DNA from: Planctomycetales bacterium | GTDB taxonomy: Bacteria > 4484-113 | Assembly: GCA_037441675.1 (NCBI GenBank) | Contig: JBBIRS010000001.1 | Span: 128,001 to 192,000, forward strand | Reading direction: 5' to 3' | DNA length: 64,000 nucleotides | Part shown: in pieces, positions 28,087-37,447 of the stretch | How the letters are laid out: each line of letters opens with the position of its first letter | How positions within the stretch are numbered: the first letter of the stretch is position 1 | Notes under the pieces: model-generated | What the model saw: the letters and a program-made list of their open reading frames with translations, nothing else | Told to the model about the DNA's origin: nothing | The model's database searches: none | Position numbers and translations under genes: made by a program

Positions 28087-28702
28087 ACTTTCCTCCTTCT
28101 ATCATATAAAGTTGCTCCAGGTTTCTAATCCCCAAATGATCAAGGTAGCTTAACATTCTGCTGAGAATTCTTGCAGTTGCCAGTGCATCACCGTAGGCTC
28201 TATGCCTATCCCTTACGTCAAAACCTAGAAAAGTTGCGATAGTTCCAAGGTTATAGCCCGGAAGCCAGGGGAAGATTCTTCTTGCGAGTTTTCTCGTGCA
28301 CAAAACACCGTTTCTAATCTGTTTATTCAAGTGCTCATTGCAGGCAAGTCCAAGAAGCTGGGTATCAAAACTTGCATTGTGCGCAACTATGATTGCACCT
28401 TCAAGAAATTCTAATAGTTCAGCTATTATCTCTTTGATGGTAGGTTTACCAGCCACCATCTCATTAGTAATGCCTGTTAATTTAGTTATAAAGGGTGGAA
28501 TTGGCTTTTCGGGGTTAACCAAAGTGTGGTAGTGCTTCTCAATTTGGTTTCCCCGCATTAAGAAGCCAGTAATTTCTATAATCCGCTCGTAAAGTGGATT
28601 TCCACCCGTGGCTTCAATATCAATGACCGCGAAGAGAATATGAAAAAGGGTGCCATCCTCAGTGGATGTACTATTTACGTATGAAGCATTCATTACGGAC
28701 AC
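28073..28702 (-). CDS. DEDDh 3'-5' exonuclease (DnaQ/epsilon-like)
   Basis: VIDIEATG, LTGIT.EMV, AHNASFD, HRAYGDA. Confidence 0.92.
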   Translation of the reverse strand: MSVMNASYVNSTSTEDGTLFHILFAVIDIEATGGNPLYERIIEITGFLMRGNQIEKHYHTLVNPEKPIPPFITKLTGITNEMVAGKPTIKEIIAELLEFLEGAIIVAHNASFDTQLLGLACNEHLNKQIRNGVLCTRKLARRIFPWLPGYNLGTIATFLGFDVRDRHRAYGDALATARILSRMLSYLDHLGIRNLEQLYMIEGGKFSIH

Positions 28703-28750
28703 AGCTTAAAAGTTTACCATAGGTTTAATCTGTAAGTATAATGTTAGATT

Positions 28751-29398
28751 GTGGTAGGAAAAACTTCCCCCATTCTGGAGGCAATAAAGCGGTTGACCAA
28801 TCGCTATAAGAGACATCCGCTAGGCATTGATCGAACTACAGATCCATTCAGGACTTTAGTGTCAACTCTTATGAGTGCTCGCACCAAAGACCCTGTTACC
28901 GTTGAGGCGACTGAAAGGCTTTTTTCTATCATTTCCACTCCTGAGGAACTACTCTCTCTCCCTGAGACGGAATTAGCTAGGCTCATTTATCCCGTTGGGT
29001 TTTATCGGAATAAAGCCAAACAGCTTAAAAAGACTGCGAAAGTTCTAATTGAGAAGTTTAACGGGATAGTTCCAATGACGCTGGAAGAACTCACAGAGCT
29101 TCCAGGTGTTGGAAGGAAGACCGCGAACTTGATACTCTCAGTAACTTTCAACAAGCCCGCTATTTGCGTTGATACCCACGTTCACCGAATTAGTAACCGA
29201 TTGGGTTGGGTGAAAACTAACGACGTAATTGACACTGAAGAGGAACTAATGAAAGTAGTGCCAAAGAAACATTGGTCAACCCTGAATCTAGTTCTTGTAA
29301 ATCTTGGTCAACAGATATGCCATCCAACTTCCCCAAAGTGTAGTGAATGTTTCTTGGCTGATATTTGTCCCAAGATTGGTGTTAAGAGGAGCAGGTAG
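28751..29398 (+). CDS. nth: Endonuclease III
   Basis: HhH motif LPGVGRKTAN, VDTHVHR, Fe-S motif C-x6-C-x2-C-x5-C. Confidence 0.95.
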   Translation: MVGKTSPILEAIKRLTNRYKRHPLGIDRTTDPFRTLVSTLMSARTKDPVTVEATERLFSIISTPEELLSLPETELARLIYPVGFYRNKAKQLKKTAKVLIEKFNGIVPMTLEELTELPGVGRKTANLILSVTFNKPAICVDTHVHRISNRLGWVKTNDVIDTEEELMKVVPKKHWSTLNLVLVNLGQQICHPTSPKCSECFLADICPKIGVKRSR

Positions 29399-29477
29399 AA
29401 GTATTTCCATTGGTGGTTTAATAATCTCTTTTTGCTAACCGCAATTTATCTTTTCATTCACGAATCTAGTGGTAGTT

Positions 29478-30056
29478 TCATTTTCTCCTTTCCTGTCTTT
29501 GGTCCTTTTGCTCTTCTCTTTTTTCTTCCGCTCTATCCCTCAACTCACCTTTTTCTCTCTTTTCTTCACTTGGGATCACCCTAGGGATAGGCCTTTCCGT
29601 TGGGATCAATTCCACAGGGTAAGTCCCGTATTTTTCAACTTGCTCCGGTGTAGCGTAATAGAGATACCAAATTCTCCCTTCTTTTACCCACTTCACTGGT
29701 TTAGTCTGTGCAAGTGGTAAATCTCCTCTTTTCACAATCCAAGTAACTCCAAAATGACCCGAAATTCTATACATAACATCCTTGAGCTTAACCTCTTCCT
29801 TTCTCCCCAGTGGGCTTTCGCTGATTCTTTTCTGAAATTCTTCAATAATCTCAAAAGCTTCACCCTCCGCCTTTTTACTAACGGAAGGTGGCAGAAAGTC
29901 GCTTAACCTATCCCTTGTGTTCTTGCCAGTGAAAAGGTTGTAAAAAGAGACAGCTCTATTTGGTAGATTAGTGGTAGAACTATCGCAGGAAACTAAGATT
30001 ATCAGTGAAATTCCTAAAACGGAAAATAGAAATAGGATTAATTTTTTAATCCTCAC
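29478..30056 (-). CDS. Hypothetical lipoprotein
   Basis: Basic N-terminus, hydrophobic stretch and LVSC lipobox; highly charged C-terminus; follows hutU after 3 nt. Confidence 0.65.
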   Translation of the reverse strand: MRIKKLILFLFSVLGISLIILVSCDSSTTNLPNRAVSFYNLFTGKNTRDRLSDFLPPSVSKKAEGEAFEIIEEFQKRISESPLGRKEEVKLKDVMYRISGHFGVTWIVKRGDLPLAQTKPVKWVKEGRIWYLYYATPEQVEKYGTYPVELIPTERPIPRVIPSEEKREKGELRDRAEEKREEQKDQRQERRK

Positions 30057-30059
30057 TTC

Positions 30060-31730
30060 TTAAATATTACCACTTACTTTCAGTCCGTATTTCTTAGCGG
30101 TAGCAATTGCTTCCTCATATCCCGCATCTGCGTGGCGCATAATTCCTGTCCAGGGGTCAGAATTTAGCACCTTCTCAATCTTTTTCGCCTGCTCATTGGT
30201 CCCATCTGCGACAACGACCATTCCAGCGTGAAGCGAGTAGCCTATCCCAACACCGCCTCCATGGTGAAAGCTTACCCAACTTGCTCCACATACCGCATTT
30301 AATAGCGCATTGAGCACAGGCCAATCTCCAATAGCATCACTTCCATCCTTCATTCCCTCTGTTTCACGATTTGGACTAGCCACGCTACCCGAATCAAGAT
30401 GGTCTCTTCCTATAACGATAGGCGCTTTGACCTTACCCTTTTTGACTAGCTCGTTGAACAAAAGCCCAGCCTTATCCCTCTCATAATATCCCAACCAGCA
30501 TATCCGTGAAGGTAATCCCTGAAACTTAACTTTCTCTCCCGCCAGCTTAAGCCATCTTTTCAGATGCTCTTTCTCTGGGAAAAGTTCTGCAAGAGCTCTG
30601 TCGCTTTCTTATATATATTGAGGATCACGTCAAAGTGCACCCCATCTAAATGGACCCTCACCACGGCAGAATAGTGGTCTTATATAAGCCTGCACGAAGC
30701 CGGGGAACTTAAATGCATCCTTTAGCCCTCTATTTTCCGCCACCTGCCCACGAATATTGTTCCCGTAGTCAAATACAACAGCTCCGCTATCTTGAAAAGC
30801 AAGCATTGCTTTCACCTGTTTTGCCATGCTATCGTAGGCAAGCTCACGGTACTTTTCCGGTGACGTGTGTCGAAGTTCTAGCGCCTCTTCATAGGGAATA
30901 CCTGCAGGTACATAGCCATTCAGCTCATCATGGGCGCTTGTTTGGTCAGTGACCACATCCGGGATAATCCCCCTTCTCACAAGCTCCGGATGGGTATCTG
31001 CGGCATTAGCAGTTAGTCCAATTGAGAGAGCCTCACCTTTTTCTTTCGCCCTCAAAGCCATTTCCACCGCTTCGTCAAGATTGTCTGCAACCGTATCCAA
31101 ATACCCTGTTTTCAGCCTTCGTTCAACTCTATCCTTATCAACCTCAACGCAAATACCGACACCACCGTTCATAGTTATTGCTAAAGGTTGAGCACCACCC
31201 ATTCCACCAAGACCTGCGGTCAGAACAAGCTTGCCCTTTAGGCTTCCATCAAAATGCTTATTAGCCACAGCGGCTAATGTTTCATACGTTCCTTGCAGGA
31301 TTCCTTGGGTGCCAATATAAATCCAGCTCCCGGCGGTCATCTGGCCAAACATAGTCAAGCCCATTCTCTCGTATTTTCTGAAATTCTCCCAAGTTGCCCA
31401 AGCGGGGACAATAACACTATTCACTATCAAAACTCTTGGCGCCCATTCGCTGGTTGGGAATATGCCCACCGCCTTTCCTGATTGGACCAAAAGGGTTTCG
31501 TCGTTTTCAAGATGCCTTAGCGCTCTTAATATCCCTTCAAAGCATTCCCAATTTCTTGCAGCTTTTCCAGTCCCGCCATAAACAATAAGCTCTTCAGGCT
31601 TTTCAGCAACTTCAGGGCTTAAGTTGTGCTGTATCATTCTATAAGCCGCCTCTTGCACCCACCCCTTGCAGTTAAGTTGATTTCCAGTAGGGGGGGTAAC
31701 CACTCGGTGTTCTGTCTTCATCATAGCCAT
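30060..31730 (-). pseudogene. hutU: Urocanate hydratase interrupted by two in-frame stops (pseudogene or assembly error)
   Basis: Both ORF pieces are in one frame, 556 codons in total. Motifs [48 protein letters not shown] at 30632-30630 and TAA at 30611-30609. Confidence 0.92.
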
Positions 31731-31764
31731 ATGAATTTCTCAAAAAATAATTTACATATTTTTT

Positions 31765-33093
31765 TTAGCCAACTTCCTCATCTAACTCCGCTTGAACAAG
31801 TCTAATACGATTTCTCTCAACCAAAAGAATCGTAAATTTAACTCCCGCAAAATAAACTACGTCCCCTTTCTTGGGTATTTTGCCGAACTTAGCGTAAAGA
31901 AGCCCGCCAATGGTGTCATACTCATCACTATCTATGTTTACGCCCGTAATTTCGTTAAACTCATCAATAGAAACTATTGCGTTCACTACAAAACTGCCAT
32001 CCGAGTTTTTCTGTATTAGTTCAGCTTCTGGCATATCGTATTCATCATGAATTTCTCCGACGATTTCCTCTAAAATGTCTTCAATTGTAACGAGCCCGGA
32101 GACGCCTCCATATTCGTCAGAAACAATTGCCATATGCGTCTTATCGCGCTGTAAATCGTGTAATAGCTCATCAATAGGTTTGCTCTCAGGGACGAACATC
32201 GCCGGTGCTAATATATCCTCTATCTTACCCATTTCCCGATTCTTTGCTATCGCTTTCATAAGGTTGCGTATGTGTAATATGCCAATAATGTTGTCAATTG
32301 AGTGGCTATATACGGGAAATCTCGAGTAAGGTGCTTCGGAGATTTCGCTAAGTATCTTTTCAGGCTCATCTTCAGCATCAATGGCAATAATGTCAACCCG
32401 CGGTGTCATAATTTCTTTTGCGGTTTTCTCACCCATTTCAAATATGGCTGAAATCATTTCCTTTTCTCTATGCTCTAGTTCCTCTTCTTCAGCTGCGGTT
32501 GTCTCATAAATGTTCAAATCGTGCATACCTAGCTTTTCTGGAAGCTTAGCCAGGTTGCTTGTAAGATTCGCTAGGCTTGCTGGAATTGCGACAAGAGGGC
32601 TTAAAGCTTTTTGCAAGAGATAGATTAACTTGGCATTCTTTATTAAGAAATCTGTTCCTGCAAGAAGAAGTATCGGCAGAAGGCATCCAAATAAACCAAA
32701 GACAAACCCCGAGAGTAAGAAAGCAATTAAACCAATTAGCGCTAAATGAATGCCCGCCTCAATTCCGCCACGGCTGATTAGATAAAAAAGGCCCAAGGTC
32801 ATAAGTAGAACCCCAAGAGTTAGAGATATGAAAGCTCCTCCAGCAATAGCTAAAGTGGTTCTAGCGGGCTTGCGAAGCATTCGCCGTAGACGATTAATGT
32901 CCTTATTTTCGCCCGTTTCTTCAAAGGGTGCGATTTCGCCTGGGTCAACACTAAGCAGGCTTGCAAAGGCTGTAGAGGTAAAGGCAGAAACCAGAAGCAA
33001 TAGCACTATCCCACCCCCAACCATTAGGCTGTTAAGTGCAGTAGTCTGCACGATTCCCACAGCGATGATTGTTTCTAAGGGCTCAGTGTCCAA
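31765..33093 (-). CDS. Hemolysin/CNNM family protein (DUF21, CBS pair, CorC/HlyC)
   Basis: N-terminal TMs, EIMTPRVDI, YSRFPVY, DEYGGVSGLVTIEDILEEIVGEIHDEYD. Confidence 0.92.
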   Translation of the reverse strand: MDTEPLETIIAVGIVQTTALNSLMVGGGIVLLLLVSAFTSTAFASLLSVDPGEIAPFEETGENKDINRLRRMLRKPARTTLAIAGGAFISLTLGVLLMTLGLFYLISRGGIEAGIHLALIGLIAFLLSGFVFGLFGCLLPILLLAGTDFLIKNAKLIYLLQKALSPLVAIPASLANLTSNLAKLPEKLGMHDLNIYETTAAEEEELEHREKEMISAIFEMGEKTAKEIMTPRVDIIAIDAEDEPEKILSEISEAPYSRFPVYSHSIDNIIGILHIRNLMKAIAKNREMGKIEDILAPAMFVPESKPIDELLHDLQRDKTHMAIVSDEYGGVSGLVTIEDILEEIVGEIHDEYDMPEAELIQKNSDGSFVVNAIVSIDEFNEITGVNIDSDEYDTIGGLLYAKFGKIPKKGDVVYFAGVKFTILLVERNRIRLVQAELDEEVG

Positions 33094-33580
33094 AGTTTTC
33101 TACCTCTACCTTGAAATACTCAAATATCTTCCTCTCTAGTTTGCTCATCTTATGGTAATCAGCCTTTCTATGATGGTCTAACCCAAGTAAATGAAGAATA
33201 CCATGACAACATACCGCAAAGAACTCATCCTCTTCACTGTTCTTGTTTCTATTAGCTTGCCTTCTCACTTGACTGAGATTCACAACAACATCTCCCAATA
33301 AAAGCGGGTTTCTATGAGCCTTAATCCTAACGCCAAGTTTGCCCTCTTCTTCCAAATGGTTTTCTATATTATCCATAGGAAAGGATAGAATATCCGTAAT
33401 CGCATCTTTACCGCAAAATTCCTTATTCAAACTCCGTATGTACTTATCCCCGCATACCATAATGCCCAATTCGTCATCAGAGCTCATTCCTAGTTTACCT
33501 ATAAGATTTCTAATCTTTTCCTCAATACATTTTCTAAAACTAGGGATTTTTCTTATTTGCCATCGGAAGATTAGCCCCAT
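33083..33580 (-). CDS. ybeY: rRNA maturation endoribonuclease YbeY
   Basis: IRSLNKEF, TDILSFP, LLGDVVV, HGILHLLGLDH. Confidence 0.93.
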   Translation of the reverse strand: MGLIFRWQIRKIPSFRKCIEEKIRNLIGKLGMSSDDELGIMVCGDKYIRSLNKEFCGKDAITDILSFPMDNIENHLEEEGKLGVRIKAHRNPLLLGDVVVNLSQVRRQANRNKNSEEDEFFAVCCHGILHLLGLDHHRKADYHKMSKLERKIFEYFKVEVENFGH

Positions 33581-33624
33581 CGTTCAGATTTAATTATACA
33601 CGACCATTTTCTAAATATCTAAGG

Positions 33625-34926
33625 ATGTATCATAAGTATAATCCTATGCCAAATCTTTCTATTCCATACGGCAAGAGCTACTCCATCTTCCCTCTAGAAT
33701 GTACTGGCTTGCAAATTGTTGAGTTAAAACCCGACATCACAACATTTTCGAGTGACTTCGTTTCTAATCTGCGTGAATCCTTAAGCTTCCCCGTTGGTTC
33801 TACTCCGCTTACCCACTTTATGCGTGAAGCCAAAAAAGTTCTTCTAGTTCTTTCTGACCCAACTCGTAAACTATCGTATGAATGCTGGCTTCATATTCTT
33901 CTTGAAGAAATTAGGAGAAGCATTTCCTCTTCTTCTCGGGTATTTTCAATAATTGGAACTGGCACTCACAGGGCATACTCTCATCAAAATATCCTAGAAT
34001 TCCTGGGAACTGAAATTGATTATCTGATACACGATTGCGATAATGAGCCCTCACTTGTTTATCTTGGAAAGAGCTCCAGAGGCACCGAGTTTGTCGTTAA
34101 CAAGCTACTTACAGAAGTAGACGCCATTGTTACAACGGCTAGTATCACTTTTCATTACTTCTCGGGCTTTACCGGTGGCATTAAGGCAATATTTCCCGGC
34201 TTAGGTGGTCGTGACGCAATAACGTACAACCATAGCTTGTCCCTAGTTCCGCAAAAGGGAGAGTTTCATCCCGCCTGCCGTCCAGGCAACCTGAATAACA
34301 ATCCTGTTTACGAAGATTTCCTAGAGATAGTTAAGCTACTGCCACCTATATTTTCCGTTAATGTCATTCTTGACCTTGCTGGCAATCCCATTGCGTTTTT
34401 CTCAGGCGACCCAATTTCCGCACACCGGGAAGGGTGCATGTATTATTCAAGGCACTTTTCCGCAAGAACTTCAGAGGCTCTTCAATACGTAATTTTGAGT
34501 GCTGGTGGATACCCCAGGGATATAAGCCTTTACCAAGCCCACAAAGCCCTCAAATCCGTTGAGTTTGCCTTAGCAGAACAAGCTGAGATTTTTTTCTTTG
34601 CAGAATGCACCGAGGGGCTAGGACATCCTGCCTTTCACCGATGGGAAGGTAGCACAAAGGTAGACGTTGTAAAACGACTTAAGAAGGGTTACGAGCCTTT
34701 AGCTCACCTAGTTCTCTCCCTTCTAAACTTGGCAGAGAAGCACAATATCTATGTCATTTCTTCCCTACCTCCAGACGATCTTTTGTCCTTTGGAATGATC
34801 CCATTGGGGAAAGATGAGATTGGGCGTGAAATAGCTAAGAGTATAGCCATCTCCTCAAGAAGCGAGAAGATATTTGTTCAGCCTTTTGGGGCAGAAGTGT
34901 TAGTGAGCAGAGAGATAATGAATTAG
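33625..34926 (+). CDS. LarA family nickel-pincer-dependent racemase/epimerase
   Basis: SDPTR, GTGTHR, FHYFSGFTGGIKAIFPG, NHS, GGYPRDISLYQAHKAL; start may be ATG 33646. Confidence 0.87.
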   Translation: MYHKYNPMPNLSIPYGKSYSIFPLECTGLQIVELKPDITTFSSDFVSNLRESLSFPVGSTPLTHFMREAKKVLLVLSDPTRKLSYECWLHILLEEIRRSISSSSRVFSIIGTGTHRAYSHQNILEFLGTEIDYLIHDCDNEPSLVYLGKSSRGTEFVVNKLLTEVDAIVTTASITFHYFSGFTGGIKAIFPGLGGRDAITYNHSLSLVPQKGEFHPACRPGNLNNNPVYEDFLEIVKLLPPIFSVNVILDLAGNPIAFFSGDPISAHREGCMYYSRHFSARTSEALQYVILSAGGYPRDISLYQAHKALKSVEFALAEQAEIFFFAECTEGLGHPAFHRWEGSTKVDVVKRLKKGYEPLAHLVLSLLNLAEKHNIYVISSLPPDDLLSFGMIPLGKDEIGREIAKSIAISSRSEKIFVQPFGAEVLVSREIMN

Positions 34927-34993
34927 TCCTTTATTAAATTCACGAACATTCTCGCAACCAAGCTAAGTTTCCATTTTTCTAACGCGCTTTCGC

Positions 34994-35022
34994 TTTACAT
35001 CACACAAATCTCAGGGTAATAT
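34994..35022 (+). promoter_or_regulatory. sigma70 promoter of tRNA-Gln
   Basis: TTTACA, 17 nt spacer, TAATAT, ending 13 nt upstream of the tRNA. Confidence 0.6.
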
Positions 35023-35035
35023 AACTCAAGGTGGT

Positions 35036-35106
35036 TGGGGAGTCGTCTAATGGTAGGACAGTGGACTCTGGATCCATTAGTCGGGGTTCGAATCCCTGCT
35101 CCCCAG
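35036..35106 (+). tRNA. tRNA-Gln (anticodon CTG), CCA not encoded
   Basis: Acceptor stem TGGGGAG/CTCCCCA, D arm GTC-TAATGGTAG-GAC, anticodon arm GTGGA-CTCTGGA-TCCAT, T loop GGTTCGAATCC. Confidence 0.95.
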
Positions 35107-35189
35107 CGCCGAATACCTTCAATCCTCTTTTTTGCAATGGGTAATAGGTGTGAATTCCTAGTTTCTAGGACTATTCTAAATTACATAAC

Positions 35190-36350
35190 TTAATTACATA
35201 ACTTATGAGCATTTTTTTCGAGCCAAACCTCAGCCCCCCCACAACTTCTTACCCTAAAACTTCTTATTTTCAATCCATACTTCTCAAAGTATTCATTTGA
35301 AAGAATTGGCAGATAGCCCTCTATACTTCCTTGTTCAACCAGGGCAAGAGCGGAACCACCAAATCCGCCTCCAACAATTCTACTACCAAAGACAGCTTCC
35401 TTTGCGTTGAGCCAATCAACTATAAAGTCTATCTCAGGAGTGCTCACCTCGTAATCAATTTTCAAGCTATTATGTGATTCTGATAAGAGTTTTCCCATTC
35501 GAGAAACATCTCCATTTTCTAGCGCTTCTGCAAAGTGCAGCACGCGATTATCCTCTGTAATGACGTGCCTTAATCTCCTAGCGGAGATATTATCAAGAGT
35601 AGGGAGAAGTTCAAGCGTTTCATTCTTGACCTCCCACAAAGACTTACCCTTCGGAAAATTAGTCATGATCTTCATAATAGCTTCTTCTGTCTCAGCCCTT
35701 CTCTTGTTGTATCCGCTTTGCGCGAGAGCTCTTGGTTTTCCACTATCAATTACAAAAAGTTCAGCTGTTCCAAAATTTGCGGGAATTTTCACATAGGTAT
35801 TGTCATGACAGTTTAGAACAATAGCCATATTTTCTTCGCCTAATATTGAGACAAAAGGGTCCATCAACCCGCACTTTGTCCCTAGAGCCCTATATTCTGC
35901 ATTAACGCACAACTCCGTCAATGCAACTGGACTTAGCTCTTTCTCGCCTTTCAAGGCTATAGCCGCTTCCACAACTGCCACACTGAACGCAGCTGAACTA
36001 GACAAGCCAGCCCCTATTGGCAGGTCACTGTCAACATAAATATGAATCGGAGGAAACTTTAATTCTTCCAAGATTTCTTCAACCAACTCTCTAGCTGACC
36101 GGAGGTTATCCTCATCGGCTGGTATATTTTTTGAGCTCAGTTGTCTGCTGAAGAGTATTGTTTTACCGTCCTTGGCTATACCAATAGCCGCACCCACACC
36201 CAAATTTATTGACATAGGTAGAACATGTCCGCCCACGTAATCTATATGTTCTCCGATGAGATTTATTCTTCCTGGCGCCCTTGCCATCACTTGAGGTTTA
36301 ACGCCAAAATGCCTCTTGAAACCAGCTTCTAGCTTTTCCCACGATATCAT
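35190..36350 (-). CDS. galK: Galactokinase
   Basis: APGRINLIGEHIDY, PIGAGLSSSAA, CGLMD, GSRIVGGGFGG. Confidence 0.92.
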   Translation of the reverse strand: MISWEKLEAGFKRHFGVKPQVMARAPGRINLIGEHIDYVGGHVLPMSINLGVGAAIGIAKDGKTILFSRQLSSKNIPADEDNLRSARELVEEILEELKFPPIHIYVDSDLPIGAGLSSSAAFSVAVVEAAIALKGEKELSPVALTELCVNAEYRALGTKCGLMDPFVSILGEENMAIVLNCHDNTYVKIPANFGTAELFVIDSGKPRALAQSGYNKRRAETEEAIMKIMTNFPKGKSLWEVKNETLELLPTLDNISARRLRHVITEDNRVLHFAEALENGDVSRMGKLLSESHNSLKIDYEVSTPEIDFIVDWLNAKEAVFGSRIVGGGFGGSALALVEQGSIEGYLPILSNEYFEKYGLKIRSFRVRSCGGAEVWLEKNAHKLCN

Positions 36351-37447
36351 TCCGCGAAGTATAAGATGCCCATATCCCAGTACTTCCAGACAATGCTACC
36401 GCCCGATGCCGGCCATTTCATGAAAAACATCATTTCGCTTATCGCATCGTCCCAATCCGTGTAGAAGGTGACAAATCCTGCTACCGAGTGAGGACTATTA
36501 TTCAAGTGTGGCAGGGACTTAAACGGCATACGGAGAATGAATCTATACTTCTCATTAGTAATTTCTGTTTGAGCAGTAGCGTCTTTGACCTGTCCCCAAA
36601 AGCCTAGCCCACCACTTGGCGTCTCTCCGCCCATCCTCGTTACCTCTGGTTTTTCCATTAGTAAGTTGGCAAAAACCCAAAAGTCGTCTTTATTCCACTT
36701 ATTGAACCCAGTTGGACCCTCGGAATAATCCCATTCCGTCGTATTATTTAGAGCATTAAATACAAAATTTATTCGGTCGCTATCCCAGGTTCCTCCAACT
36801 CGGATTTTGTCATCTACAATCTCTCCCCATACGTAAAGATTTTCATCATCATATCCAAAGCAAATCTTACCAAGAAGGTCTTTCTCGCCATCCCGTTCAC
36901 CCTGCACAGAGTGAGAAAATTCTTGAGTGAAAACATCTCGCATCACCAAATTTGAAAATTCTTCTATTTTTGGTTCAAAAGTTACCTTGCGAGCTACTAG
37001 CATTACTCGTGACGATTTTTCATCAACCTGTGACCATTCAATTCTCGCTGTTTCAGCTGATTCAACGGTTTTCATTTTTATCTTTACCGGTATTCTTCCT
37101 CCTCTATACAGATACACGTATTGAGGGATTTTGCCCTCGGAAATGATATAGGTTTCACCCCTAATAGGTAAAAATCTCACAGTGCCCTCTGCCTCCCAGA
37201 TAACTGGTGCTAGTGGTTCTAGCCTTTTCTCATTACGGATCAGTCTCGCAGTTCCCGGGGGATCACCGTAACAGCCCACGACAAATTCAACTCCCTCCGC
37301 AGTTATCTCCAATGGTAGTCGATGAATGAAACTAAAGCTTCCACCTCTAGATAGCCGTGTAACGTTGATGAGAAGTGTATGCATTCCCGGAGGCAGTTCT
37401 GGAAGAGTGCAAGAAAAGACATTTCTTTCCCTCATTTGCACCACCAA
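36347..37447 (-). CDS. CBM9/DOMON-like sugar-binding protein; probably the frameshifted C-terminus of the upstream gene
   Basis: FGYDDENLYVWGEIVDD...WDSDRINFVF...YRFILRMPF; no signal peptide; begins in what looks like the middle of an Ig-like domain. Confidence 0.6.
   Translation of the reverse strand: MVVQMRERNVFSCTLPELPPGMHTLLINVTRLSRGGSFSFIHRLPLEITAEGVEFVVGCYGDPPGTARLIRNEKRLEPLAPVIWEAEGTVRFLPIRGETYIISEGKIPQYVYLYRGGRIPVKIKMKTVESAETARIEWSQVDEKSSRVMLVARKVTFEPKIEEFSNLVMRDVFTQEFSHSVQGERDGEKDLLGKICFGYDDENLYVWGEIVDDKIRVGGTWDSDRINFVFNALNNTTEWDYSEGPTGFNKWNKDDFWVFANLLMEKPEVTRMGGETPSGGLGFWGQVKDATAQTEITNEKYRFILRMPFKSLPHLNNSPHSVAGFVTFYTDWDDAISEMMFFMKWPASGGSIVWKYWDMGILYFAE

Noticed and set aside
30609..30632. 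Stop-codon recoding (selenocysteine or alternative genetic code) in hutU
   Set aside because: Both TGA and TAA occur, at Ser and Tyr positions, among other substitutions, and all three stop codons terminate other genes normally in this window.
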